Source: Podarcis tiliguerta
Lineage: Eukaryota
Length of the DNA stretch: 64,000 bases
Assembly (NCBI GenBank): GCA_965153285.1
Contig: OZ229115.1
Direction: 5' to 3' (one strand)
Translations under genes and position numbers: made by a program
The notes under the pieces: model-generated
What the model was told of the DNA's origin: nothing
Database searches by the model: none
The model's input: only the letters and a program-made list of their open reading frames with translations
Shown here: positions 1 through 12,457 of the stretch, in pieces
Numbering within the stretch: the first letter of the stretch is position 1
Layout of the letters: the number at the start of each line of letters is the position of its first letter

Positions 1-935
1 ATTATCATGTTGCTTGTTTGCTTTGTTGCTGAAATAGTTCTTAGGTATTTTATTTATTTGAAAGTTGATCTGCTGGACTCTATGGTACTTGCATCAATGC
101 TGCTGTTTTCATTAGTATTCTTAGTGCCCCTTATGGTGTGTTAGGATTAGATTCAAACAAACATACAATGTTGGAAGGCTCTTTGTGAGGATTTGGCCTT
201 AAAGGCAGCCTAAAAAATATCATAAATAAGTGAACACTATTCCCCATTTCTGTAGCAAGTATGTGTATATGTGTATTGAAAAACAGAACTGAGCTGGAGC
301 AACAGCCAAGCATTCAAACATTTCTTGCAAAGGGCATTTAAAACCTCCTATCATTTGGCTAAGAGACCTTTAGGGCTTACCAAGCCAAATGCAATCCACC
401 AGTCATGTTTCGTGGCCTGCAAGCACCAGGCATGCAGTAAAGCCACAGGCCTGTGCTGTGTGGGCCTGGTGGATTAAAGGTGGGCAGTCTTTCCTTTCTG
501 GTGGTCATTTTATGGCTGGATGGAGGCCTGCAGGCAGCCCATGGCCTCTGCAAGTGATCAGTTTAGATCTCCGGTGAGAACAATCTGTGGTCTGGTCTCA
601 GGTCAGGGGGAGATAGAGAGGTGGGGCAGGGCTGAAAGACCGTACACGTTTGATACGTGCATGCAGGAACAGAGTTGGGAGAAGTAGACAACGCTGCTAC
701 TTTAGTAGGGAGACATAGGCATCTTATGGGTGTGTTTAAAGACAGCAACTTTGGGAACACGAACATGAAGATTGTGGTTTGGATTTGTTCTAGATGCACC
801 TTTACTTCCTTTCCAAACAAACATGCTACGTGCCTCAAAAATCACTCCCCCACCCCCCGCTTTGAACTTCAACACAATCTAGACAGAGATGACTTTGCTT
901 ACAAAGAACCCCAGTTTACCTTATTGTGATGCTCC

Positions 936-1342
936 TGTTATGATATTGAAGCAATGATGCTGCAAGCTGATTGCTTGGAAAAGTCATGTGATGTTGGGAG
1001 TGTCTGTGGGAAACAGACAGCACCGGAATTAGCTCAGAGTGTAATATGAGCTGCACAGGAAGTGCTTGTGGAGTCGTCTGCTGGAGACTGATGAGAGCAG
1101 ACATGTTTTCTGTAACACTGCAAAGACAGGAATAAAGCCATGTAAATACGTTTCTGTCTTATCTCTTTCCCCTGCCGGGGGGGCAGGAAAGAGTGGTGTG
1201 TTCTTCTCACGCTGAGAAGGATCGCCTATCGCGACCTCTGCCTGGTCCCTGCCGGGAGAGCAGACCGGGAGGTCAACAGGACTCCAAGCCGGGTGCCTGG
1301 GAGAGTTGCCAGTTTCTGCTGATAATGGCTTGGAATCCAACA
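936..1342 (+). mobile_element. Solo LTR (407 bp) of an LTR retroelement/ERV
   Basis: Starts TGTT and ends AACA. Flanked by a perfect 5-bp direct repeat GCTCC (931-935, 1343-1347). Internal AATAAA at 1131-1136 followed by a CpG-richer U5-like segment. Confidence 0.75.
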
Positions 1343-2094
1343 GCTCCATGGGCCTTTATTCTGAATTTGCTCCCCATTTCCCCCCCCCCCCAGGTCCTCC
1401 ATTAAACAAATGTCTATGCCACCATGATTCTGTTTTATGATCCCAGAACCTGAACATGTCCTAGACTGTGTCTTCCAACACTAAGTGTGTGCTATGATGG
1501 TTCTTTTTTCCTTTCCCATAAGGGTAACTGAACTTGTAGGTGCCAAGAGCTGGGGCATTCTTGGCTTGCTTAGGAGCCCTGTTGACTTGAATTCCCTGTA
1601 TTAGAGTTTACTAGGCACAGTGGTCTGTAGAGATCATGCTACCTTTGCATGCACACTGGGCCCTAATCTATTTATTCACTTATTTAGAGATTTATATCAG
1701 GGTGGTGTAATAAATTAGGAAAACATTAAAATTAGTTGATACAAATGGACCTTTTGGGTTTCCTTTTCCTTGTTTGTTTACAGAAGTGATGGACCAAAAT
1801 TACACGGGTGCTGTTTAAAAATAGTTTCCTAGGAGTGATGTAGGAACTACTGCAGAAGTGGTGGCTACCATGTGACTCCACAGCATCTGTAGAGGGTATC
1901 TTGGTGTAGATTATTACATCTTCTGAAGGTAGCATCTAGAAAGTGGGAGGCAGTAATTCTTAGTTCAAGGGCAAGCAGTAGTCAGTGTGCCTTTTTGGTG
2001 GAGGAGAGATGTGGGGAGATACGCTTTGCAGTTGGATTAGGATATGAATGACCCAGTGGTTTGACTTAACATGCTTACTATTAATATTATTATT

Positions 2095-2290
2095 AATTAC
2101 CCACCCTTCACCATAAGTCCTGGGTGGAACACAACAATTTAAAATACAATATTAAAAACAGTTTAAAATGAATTAGTCACAAGTATAGGGTGGGTTATAT
2201 ATATATATATCTCCCCAGTGTCAAAGACCAGGGCAAACAGATTTAGAAGGCACCAGATAAACCTATGGGGGAGCAGGAATTCCACAATGA
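2095..2290 (-). mobile_element. LINE (L2-like) 3'-end remnant
   Basis: CCACCCTTCACCATAAGTCC..GGGTGG head and A-rich body shared with 26225-26435; resembles squamate L2 tails. Boundaries approximate. Confidence 0.55.
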
Positions 2291-4026
2291 GACACACACA
2301 CGTACGCACACACACTTATTTGGCCTTGTTTGGCCATAATATTACTGGTCCAACAAACTGTGGTCTGTTGGTGCATGAATGAGCACCAAATTTCAGGGTT
2401 CCCCATTTCCCTCCTTTGTCTCAGCTCCTCTCTCACACACATCTTCAGAAATTACTTCCTCATTTGTTAAATCAGAGTTTTCCCCTTGACATCTGTACCA
2501 GTTTCCTTAAGTGCACTCCACAAACCAGCACCAGCTGACTTAAGTGCACTTTACAAGCCACATTTGTAAACCACAATTTGAAACTGTACAATCCCATGGG
2601 GTTCGGGGAGAGTGTGAGGAAACCTTTTAATGGGGTCTGCCCTAATACCATGAAGCAGCAAGAATCAGAAAAACTTCAAGACCGTATTTATTTGTGAACA
2701 ACAGATCAACAACTCAGCATGGCAGCTGGGACAAGCCTATGGTTCCCACTGAGATGTGGAGGAAGCCAGAGAGGGGAGTTTCTTAAAGAGACAGGCCACA
2801 CACACTACAGAAACTTGCTTGAGCTTGTTGCTTGTTCCTGCTCTAACAATCCATAGTTTGTTGCACCAGGAACATAAAGCAAACCAAATAACCCCAGATA
2901 TCTTAAAAATGAACAGACTTATTTTGGCATAAGCCTCCATGGACCAGCGCCTGCTTGATTTAGATACATGAAGTGTTGTCTGCATGGACGTGTGTGCGTG
3001 TGTGTGTGTTTATGCATTTGACAAAATGAGCCCTAGATCATGAAATTTTATTCTGCAATGAATTTGTTAACAAGATCATATTGAAAGTGACCTCTTGGTA
3101 AAGGAGGATAAAAGAGACCAACCAAATAATATATAAGTGTTGGTAATTGCCCTAGTTATTTCCCTATATTGCTGTCGATTGTGGGCCTGGAGTGCCATTA
3201 CAAACATGCTTCATGGAACAGAAGTTCCTGATAAGAACACTGCACTTTACTTGTCTGTAAGGCCATTTTTGAACACTCAGAATGGGTATAAATTTATACT
3301 TGGAAGGTTTCCTATGCAAGCCCCATTAAAATTAATGTATTTGCATTTTTCATGGGTCCTCTCTCCTTCTTTGGGGCTCTCTCAGAATTCATTTATAGTG
3401 AATGGCACCCAGTGCTACGTATGACATGATCACTTTCCTTCAATCTTATCTAGGGCTTATAAAGAGTGCCTTGATAAAAACAACTTAAAAGAAGAAGGGA
3501 AAAGGAGAGCCGAGCATGGAGAATGAGACTGAACTAATTCTTGTTTGAAGACAATGCTGTTCATAAAAACGAGAGACAGTTGAGCTTTCATAATCGAAAA
3601 AGAGAGTTGTCTTCTAATTTTATTTTCATATACTGAATTAGCACTATGCCCAATTGACAGTGTTTGTAGTGTGCCTGCCAATTAAGTTTCCAGCTTCGTC
3701 CATATCAACATGAATTGTATTTCCAAATGTGATCTCGTGAGACACCGTAAACAGATACTCTGCAGGAAGTCCACAAAAGAATATCTTCCCTGACGCTCAT
3801 TCTGCAATTTGGTAACAAAGGGAAGGACTATGTCAAACATAATTTGCTTGTTTGCTTGCCAAGGGCTGTGTACTCCTTGCATGTGCGTCTTGGATTTTTA
3901 CCTAGCAATTTGTTTCCACTCACTCTGATATGTATTCTGGCACTGAAGTTACTGGAGTCGACTCAGGTTGGTAACTGAGATGACTGTTCTGCTCCACTCA
4001 TTCAAACACATGCAGCATGTATTCAA

Positions 4027-4062
4027 TAGATAGATAGATGATAGATAGATAGATAGATAGAT
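4027..4062. repeat. (GATA)n microsatellite
   Basis: Tandem TAGA units with one interruption. Confidence 0.95.
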
Positions 4063-4869
4063 AACTGAAAAAAGAAAGTTAAAAATTTTGCATTTCAAGA
4101 AATAAATTATCACTCAAATACATAATATATATTTAATAAATGTATTGCTCTTATTCACACCCTGCTTCCATTTAGACATTCCCAGTTTAATAATCTTTAT
4201 ATCTTATGACATCCTTATATCTTAAGACATTCTCACAGAAGCATGAAGTCAAATCTCTTGAAGTCAAATTGTCTTTCAGTATTATTCACTACAGAACCCC
4301 AACCGACATACACAAGACAGCACATTTTTGAAAAGATCTTTGCAAGGAACCCCAACATTTTAATATGCATGATCTGCACATCAAACCAGCTTGTGCTCTG
4401 TCCCACCAGAACATAAATCCATACTCACGTCTGTATTTCCGATTCCACAGGTCAGTCTGATAAATCAAAAAGGAGGAGGGAGAGTGGGCCTCACTGTCAA
4501 GTACCCGTTAGTAGCAAGTGTTATGAGCACATGCCATTTATTATACATGGAAACAGTCATGTGGATTATGGAGGAAACAAGGCTTGAAGGGGTGGCTTGC
4601 ATAAATTTCCAATTCTGTTGCTTACCCTGGTGACAAATTTCCTGCTAGTTCTTTATTTTCTTGATAAAGGGGCAACCAGGTTTAAAAAGGAGTCTTATGT
4701 TGTCTGAGCCTTGGTGCTTGTGCAGAGTGCATGGGATGGGGTATAACCCGTTGTAGGACTGCTGTCAATCTTCATTTGTCAAAGAAGTAAGCTATTAATT
4801 AACACATGACAGTGGATCCTTCACAGCTTTATGAAGCATCAACACAAGTGGCAAACCAGTTGGAGCTGG

Positions 4870-5090
4870 AAAAAGGCACTTTAAGCCATCCAAGTCACCT
4901 GAGCCTCCAACTGACAGTGTCAAATCCAGTAGCATCCCCCAGGCTGTGGACCAGCTCCTTCCAGGGGAGTGCTATTCTCTCCAGGACAGGCCATCTCCCC
5001 ACCTCCCAGACTTGAGAGTTTGGGATGTATGACACCTCTGTCTTTTCAGGATTCAGCTTCAGTTTATTGGCCCACACCCAGCCCATCACT
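4870..5090 (-). mobile_element. L2-like LINE ORF2 fragment (degraded)
   Basis: Minus-strand translation MGWVWANKLKLNPEKTEV matches the W-M-x-x-N-x-L-x-LN-x-x-KTE motif at the end of the L2-clade RT domain. Confidence 0.75.
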
Positions 5091-5708
5091 GCTTATTTAT
5101 AACATTTGCGTGGGAATCACTTCTTCCTTCCTTCTGTGCCAGCCATATTTCAACATCTTTCAAAGAGCTTATTTGAACCACCAAGGGCTGCAGCATGTCC
5201 GTGCCCCCCCCCCGAATTGTTTTTAGATCTGCTGCTTTTAAATCTGCTGCCAAGAGTGGAAGGAATTCCTCTTCTAAGGTAGAGGGGAAAGGGGGGACAC
5301 ACCTTGCTGTTTACAAGGCCCTGGTGTAGATGAAGACTTAGGCCTTTTAGGATCTGCAGAGTCACGGCTCATTAGCAGCACCAGTGAGGTTGTGTAAATG
5401 CCTTCACTAGGGTTCAGAAGGATTTAGGAGGCCTCTCCATTAGGCACTGTGACACATTGCTTGAAGCATAGCTAAGGTAGGGAGTTCATCAAGGCTTGTC
5501 TGGTCCAGTAGTCATCTTGTTAGGAAGTCTTGCTGGCCATCTCTTTTTCTTAAGCAGATTACTAGTTATTACTAGCTCAGAATGGTTACTGTATTCTTAA
5601 TGGGAGCCCAAATTAGTGGGAGGCTGTGGTTTTGAAAGAGAGACAGAGAGTGACAGCCAGAGAAGTTTGAGTAGAAGACTGAAAGGATATTGGGGTGTTC
5701 TCATGTAG

Positions 5709-6070
5709 GGGACGTGGGTGGCGCCGTGGTCTAAACCACAGAGCCTAGGGCTTGCCGATCAGAAGATCGGCGGTTCAAATCCCTGTGACGGAGTGAGCTC
5801 CCGTTGTTCAGTCCCAGATCCTGCCCACCTAGCAGTTCAAAAGCATGCCAAGTGCAAGTAGATAAATAGGTACCACTCCGGTAGGAAGGTAAACGGCTTT
5901 TCCGTGCGCTGCTCTGGTTCTCCAGAAGCAGCTTAGTCATGCTGGCCATATGACCCGGAAGCTGTCTGTGGACAAACGGCGGCTCCCTCGGCCTATAGAG
6001 CGAGATGAGCGCCGCAACCCCAGAGTCGTCCATGACTGGACATAATGGTCAGGGGTACCTTTACCTTTTA
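5709..6070 (+). mobile_element. Sauria SINE (full length)
   Basis: tRNA-like head GGGACGTGGGTGGCGCCGTGGTCTAAACC with box B GGTTCAAATCC, typical core, (ACCTTT)n tail. TSD CATGTAGG(G) at 5702-5710 and 6071-6079. Confidence 0.92.
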
Positions 6071-7490
6071 CATGTAGGGTAGCAGAACTGTTGCATGCTA
6101 GGAATGCTCATGCTGTTTTCCTCCACCTGTGCTCTACTTGTATGTCTGCAAATGAACCAAATCATACAAAAACACCATAGATCTCTCTTCTCCAAAGGAA
6201 GTCAGACCCTAATGAATGCTGCCCTTGGAATTCTCACTGCTCAAGAAGTGGGAAGCCTGCACACTGCAGAAATCCATAGATTGGATCATCCCAAAGCTAT
6301 AATACTTGTGAAGGATTGTTTGTTCTATTTGTTTGTTTAGCATTTTTAATCTTCTGTTTCAGACCTGTGTTTAATTCTCTGGGCGTGGAGAAGAACTTGA
6401 CATTTGCTTTTTAAATGAAACCAACAGCAGTGCCAATAAGGTTAATTTTTCTCCAAAGCTTCCCCCTGACACAAACCAAGGATATAAACATCCTAGACTG
6501 TGGTGCCACTGATCCCATCTTCCAAACTTACTTATTTCTTCATTGAGGGAGATTTGGGGAAGTTCAGTATCTTGGCAATTTTTAAATGGCCCGTTTTATT
6601 TCTCCCCCAAGTTATTAATGGTTTTGCTGTCCTTTTCTTCTGAGGGAAATACATAAAAGCCCTTCTCATTTCTCCTTAACTGCAACGACAGGCACTGTTA
6701 ATTCATTCACCATGCTTGCTGCCCTTATCTATTCCTTACGACTCTCTAACTGACACTGCACTTTCCTCCTGAGTGCCCTACATATTTTTGCAATTGTGAA
6801 TTTAGCTATTTGGAGAACACTTGCAGGAATTTGGACTTGTTGCTGTTTCTAGGCAGAGTTCAGTGGCTGCAGAGGTATGTAGAAAGCTGCATGCAGCTAA
6901 TGCAACCATTTAATGGTTGAAAAAGGTCAGACATCTGTGGTGATCCTTGGGGAGGTGGAGACAGGATCCAGAATCTGAAGCACAGCAATATCTTGATTAG
7001 AACCAACCAAAAAGTGGTAAAAGAGCAAATTCTCCATCACGGTGGATGTTAAGCAAACCACGGAGTAGGGAACAAAGCGTAGAAGATTTTATGATCTCCA
7101 GTCGTAAATCATAAGGGTGGTCCAGCACGTTTCCTTACGTGTGTGTTAGTTAGCAGAGTAGCAATCGCACAGCATCATGTCGAAGGATCAAGTTGTGCAT
7201 AGACGATGGCAATAAATCACTCATGGAAGCAATGAAACTCAGTCAAGCATTGTTTACTTGAAAGGCAATAAACAATCATGTTGGTAGAAGACTATTTACA
7301 ACTTTACTACCACACAGATAGCAAGGCACACTTCACCCCTGCATGTTTCCTGTATAAAGCTCAGGCCTGACTGCACAGACAGAGCTTGCAGTCCCTCCCT
7401 GTAAGAATTGCGCATGTCCATAGTTAAGAGCTCCACAGCTATTTGTTTAGTTTACAACCACAAACCCCTGTGTTGCAAAATGTGACAATC

Positions 7491-7787
7491 TACAAAAATG
7501 CAAACGCAACATGCTGGCTAATAACTGTTAGTAAATATATAATCCATATGATGTCATTCAAAATATACTAATAAGTCACTTCAGCGTTCCTCGCTATTCA
7601 TTGGTTGTTTGAATCTTTGCTTCACTCTGATACATATAGCAACTTGCAGTTATTTGTATATTTTGTGAGATGTGATATATGATATATATTATTTTGAAGT
7701 GTCTTATTAGTATATTTTGAATATACTAATACCCATTATATATTTACTAACAGTTATTAGCCAGCGTGTTGCGTTTGCAGTTTTGTA
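7491..7787. repeat. Long inverted repeat (53-bp arms, 51/53 match) with nested inner inverted repeat; probable Penelope-like remnant
   Basis: 7491-7543 is the reverse complement of 7735-7787 with 2 mismatches. Inner pair ~7556-7583 / 7695-7722. Confidence 0.8.
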
Positions 7788-7925
7788 ATTTGTTTAGTCT
7801 ACAGCAGCCTATAATCTTGCACTGCGATGCTACAAGAATCTTCAAAAATGTTCTCTCAGTTTCTGGAAATGAATGACTCTCACACACTTATTCTAATGCA
7901 AACTGGCATGCTGTTAAGGCTACAA

Positions 7926-8312
7926 GGGATGCGGGTGGCGCTGTGGTCTAAACCACCAAGCCTCTTGGGTTTGCTGATCAAAAGGTCAACGATTAGAATC
8001 TGTGCAAAGGAGTGAGCTCCCATTGCTCTGCCCCAGCTCCTGTCAACCTAGCAGTTCAGAAGCATACCAGCACAAGTAGATAAATAGGTACCATTGTGGC
8101 AGGAAGGCAATCTGCATTTCCATGCGCTCTGGCATTCTTCACGGTGCTCCATGAGCCAGAAGCGGTTTAGTCATGCTGGCCACATGACCCAGAAATGCTG
8201 TCTGCGAACAAATGCTGGCACTCTAGGCCTGAAAGTGGAGATGAGCGCTGCACCCCATAGCCAAATTTGATTGGACTTAACCATCCAGGGGTCCTTTACC
8301 TTTTTACCTTTT
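7926..8312 (+). mobile_element. Sauria SINE (more diverged copy)
   Basis: Same head, core and ACCTTT tail as 5709-6070, with an extra internal segment and CpG decay. Confidence 0.88.
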
Positions 8313-9280
8313 CCTAAACCTTTCCTCAGCCCTGGCATAGAGGTTCCACAAGCCTGAATGTGGGAAGAAGGGCTCTGAGCATTTGAAACACTCCAAAGCA
8401 CTGTGTAGGACAAAGGTGAAGAACGTAAGCTCTTGTCAGGAATTTCGAGGTCACCTTTTAAAATTTGCAACAGGAGTAGTGATTCTAAAGGCTTTGAGAA
8501 GCAGGACATATTATTTTTTTGTTGGCCAGTTCTTTTAAAATGGCCTCTATCTGCTCTTTTAACAATAAGTTGCTAAATCAGCTCTGATTCTGAACCAAGA
8601 TGAGAGACCTTAGATCCAGTTTTGTGGATCTGAAAATAAGTGCTGAACTAGATGAGATAGAGGAGTTCTATGATAACTAAAAAGAAAAAAAGAGCTCTGT
8701 TAAGGGACAGAACAGTGAAGGGCTAATAGCTCCACGCTGTAGCAGCTTTAGGGGGTTAGACAGGATTAAGAGTGGGGGGCCATGTGGAAAGGTTAAGCCT
8801 TGTGACTACAGCCGACTTTGACCTGCTGTCCAGCGCTGAAGAAAACCATGATGGGCGGGGGGCAGTCTGACCACAGGTCTTCCATTGTCTTGTATAGTTT
8901 GATTCCAAGATGGCAACTGTATGGGGGGTTTTTTCTGGACATTAAAAAGAAGAGGGGACTGATTATGCAACAGCAAGCACAGGAAGTGGAGTTGGAGCAC
9001 TCATGGAAGGGAATTGCCACTACAGTCCTATCTCCTAAAGAGAATATCAACCTTTTCTGTGAATTATCAATTTACTCTGGACTGGTGTTTGAATGTTTCA
9101 GTGTATAAAGTAGAACTGAGGAGGGTGGGGCTAGTTTGGGTCAATTGCCTCCAATTCATTAACCACTTCAGTAGCAAAGGTAAGAAAGATGTATGGGTCT
9201 GATCCTTCCCTGCCCCAACCACGTCCAAAGAAGGACATTAGATGACTTTTATTTTAACAACACATCTTCATATGTATAAA

Positions 9281-11185
9281 TAGCCAGCACGTGTAGACAC
9301 AAAGTCAGAAAAGCTAAAGCACAGAATGAACTCAGGCTTGCTAGAGAGGTTAAAAGCAACAAAAAAGGCTTTTATGGGTATGTTCGTAGCAAAAGGAAGA
9401 ACAAAGAAACAGTGGGGTCACTCAGAAGAGAAGATGGTGAAATGCAAACAGGGGACACAGAAAAGACTGAACTCCTCAATGCCTTCTTTGCCTCAGTCTT
9501 CTCTGATAAAGAAAACAATGCCTGACCTGAAGGATTTGGAGCAAATGATTCAGCAGAGGAAACACAGCCCAGAATAACTAAGGAGATAGTACAAGAATAC
9601 TTGGCTAGTTTAGATGTATTCAAGTCTCCAGGGCCAGATGAACTGCATCCAAGAGTATTAAAAGAACTGGCAGATGTGATCTCAGAACCACTGGCAGTCA
9701 TCTTTGAGAATTCCTGGAGAACAGGCGAAGTCCCGGCAGACTGGAGGAGGGCATATTTTGTCCCTATTTTCAAAAAGGGGAAAAGAGAGGACCCAAATAA
9801 TTACCGCCCAGTCAGTCTGACATCAATACCAGGGAAGATTGTGGAGCAGATCATTAAGCAAACAGTCTGTGAGCACCTAGAAAGGAATGCTGTGATCACC
9901 AATAGTCAGCATGGATTTCTGAAAAATAAGTCATGTCAGACTAACCTGATCTCGTTTTTTGACAGAATTACAAGCCTGGTAGATGAAGGGAACGCAGTGG
10001 ATGTAACCTACCTTGATTTCAGCAAGGCATTTGACAAGGTGCCCCATGATATTCTTGTAAAGAAGCTGGTAAAATGCGGTCTTGACTATGCTACCACTCA
10101 GTGGATTTGTAACTGGCTGACTGACCAAACCCAAAGGGTGCTCATCAATGGTTCCTCTTCATCCTGGAGAAGAGTGACTAGTGGGGTGCCACGGGGTTCT
10201 GTCTTGGGCCCGGTCTTATTCAACATCTTTATCAATGACTTGGATGATAGACTCAAGGGCATCCTGATCAAATTTGCAGATGACACCAAACTGGGAGAGG
10301 TGGCTAACACCCCAGAGGACAGGATCACACTTCAAAACGACCTTGACAGATTAGAGAACTCGGCAAAAACAAACAAGATGAATTTTAACAGGGAGAAATG
10401 TAAAGTATTGCACTTGGGCAAAAAAAATGAGAGGCACAAATACAAGATGGGTGACACCTGGCTTGAGAGCAGTACATGTGAAAAGGATCTAGGAGTCTTG
10501 GTTGACCACAAACTTGACATGAGCCAACAGTGTGATGCGGCAGCTAAAAAAGCCAATGCAATTCTGGGCTGCATCAATAGGCGTATAGCATCTAGATCAA
10601 GGGAAGTAATAGTGCCACTGTATTCTGCTCTGGTCAGACCTCACCTGGAGTACTGTGTCCAGTTCTGGGCACCACAGTTCAAGAAGGACACTGACAAACT
10701 AACTGGAACGTGTCCAGAGGAGGGCAACCAAAATGGTCAAAGGCCTGAAAACGATGCCTTATGAGCAACGGCTAAGGGAGCTGGGCATGTTTAGCCTGGA
10801 GAAGAGGAGGTTAAGGGGTGATATGATAGCCATGTTCAGATATATAAAAGGATGTCACATAGAGGAGGGAGAAAGGTTGTTTTCTGCTGCTCTAGAGAAG
10901 CGGACACAGAGCAATTGATCCAAACTACAAGAAAGAAGATTCCACCTAAACATTAGGAAGAACTTCCTGACAGAGCTGTTCGACAGTGGAATTTGCTGCC
11001 AAGGAGTGTGGTGGAGTCTCCTTCTTTGGAGGTCTTTAAGCAGAGGCTTGACAACCATATGTCAGGAGTGCTCTGATGGTGTTTCCTGCTTGGCAGGGGG
11101 TTGGACTCGATGGCCCTTGTGGTCTCTTCCAACTCTATGATTCTATTCTATTCTATTCTATTCTATTCTATTCTATTCTATTCTA
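9281..11185 (+). mobile_element. CR1 LINE, 5'-truncated, ORF2 reverse transcriptase with a few disablements
   Basis: 387-aa ORF 9601-10764 with NYRPVSLTS, YLDFSKAFD, GVPRGSVLGPVLF, KFADD. Homology extends upstream to ~9281 through one in-frame TGA (~9523). A 4-nt duplication (AACTAACT, ~10697) shifts the frame. 3' end TTCCAACTCTATG followed by (ATTCT)n. Possible TSD TATGTATAAA / TATATATAAA. Confidence 0.97.
11139..11185 (+). repeat. (ATTCT)n CR1 3' tail microsatellite
   Basis: About nine ATTCT units directly ending the CR1. Confidence 0.95.
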
Positions 11186-11499
11186 TATATATAAAAGGCT
11201 GTTTGCACAATTTAAATCAGTTGCGCAGGCATTATATGAGTTTTGCTTTGCATTTTCCTGTTTGGCTCCACTGATCAAGGCCTTTGCTACTCTCAGCCAC
11301 CTCCACAATCTGTACTTTGCTGTTGACATTTGTGTAATTTAAGAAATTTAAAAGGGCAGCTTTCCTCCTGGCATTGCTTTCCCGAATTGTGTCCAATAGC
11401 TGCTGAAGAGCATCTGTTAGCTTGTGTTGTTGTTTTTCTCCATCAACAGATTGGGCCTGATGGATAGGTGCTCACCTCCCTCCTTTCCCTCCTCCCCTT

Positions 11500-12230
11500 C
11501 CATTTCTTTTATAGCCCTAAGAAGCTGTCATTTACGTTGAAGCACGATTGTTAAATAGCCCCCACCCCGTTCCTGATTGATGGAGGCTTGAAATATACTA
11601 GGTTAACAATGGAGAAGAAGCAGAAAAAGGAGAGATTGACTCACTCATTGCCATGAAAAGTGGCAGATTGGCTTTTTCAGAGATGACTCTCTAACTTCGC
11701 CTCCACCCCCCCCCATCTCCTCATTCTTCGTCTTCTGTCTCCCCAACTCCCTCTGCTCTCAAATGTTAATTTATTACACGGGGGAAATAATCTATTACAC
11801 TTGGTCTACAGAGGCTCTCACGTACCAGTGGCTGGCTATCGTACTAGCATTAATCAGTTAAGAGACGCCAAAGAGCAAAAATGAGGTGCTTGCCCACAGG
11901 CGCGCTCATTGTTTACCAGTCAGCCATAAATATTGACTCATAAATATGCAGGCCTCCTCTTACGTGAAAAAGTGAAATGACAGGTTCAGGAGACGAGGGG
12001 ATTTGCGAGTGGGACAGAGCCGAGATTGTGCAGCCTTTTAGGCACCAACTAGATGTGAGGGTGGAAGGATGTGATTTGAAGTTAATTATGGCCAGGCAGG
12101 AGAAGGAAGCTGACATCCCTGTCCCCACTGTGCAAGAAATTAAAAATAGTATCAGGGATGCAGGGAAGCCTGGGCAAAGGGAGGGTATAGCGCCTTCTTC
12201 CCTCTGACTCACATTACATATTAAATTGCC
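11500..12230. promoter_or_regulatory. Candidate enhancer upstream of the SYT2 coding start (probably intron 1)
   Basis: No recognisable repeat. Three TGACTCA sites (11637, 11934, 12205), MEF2-type TTAAAAATAG (12140), SOX AACAATGG (11605), FOX TGTTTAC (11910) and many TAAT/CATAAA cores. Confidence 0.45.
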
Positions 12231-12457
12231 ACTTCATCCTGCGCAAGGAATGAATCGCATGGAAGCTTCTTTCTCCTCTTTTTTTTTAACAAAAAGAAAA
12301 ATGACCGGAAAATCTGGTTTTAGTTGGGAGGACACCTTTCCAATGCCAAACATGGTGGTCGGTTATGCTCCAAACATGAGAGTAAAAAAACAATTTGCAG
12401 TGGGTTTTAAAGAAAGTTATTTAGCAGTCAAAACAATTTTTTTTTAAAAATCCTTCC

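Noticed and set aside
5709-5790. tRNA gene
   Set aside because: Box A/B motifs belong to the SINE head; no complete cloverleaf.
7047-7440. Possible second solo LTR starting TGTTAAG
   Set aside because: Could not find a matching CA end with a target-site duplication.
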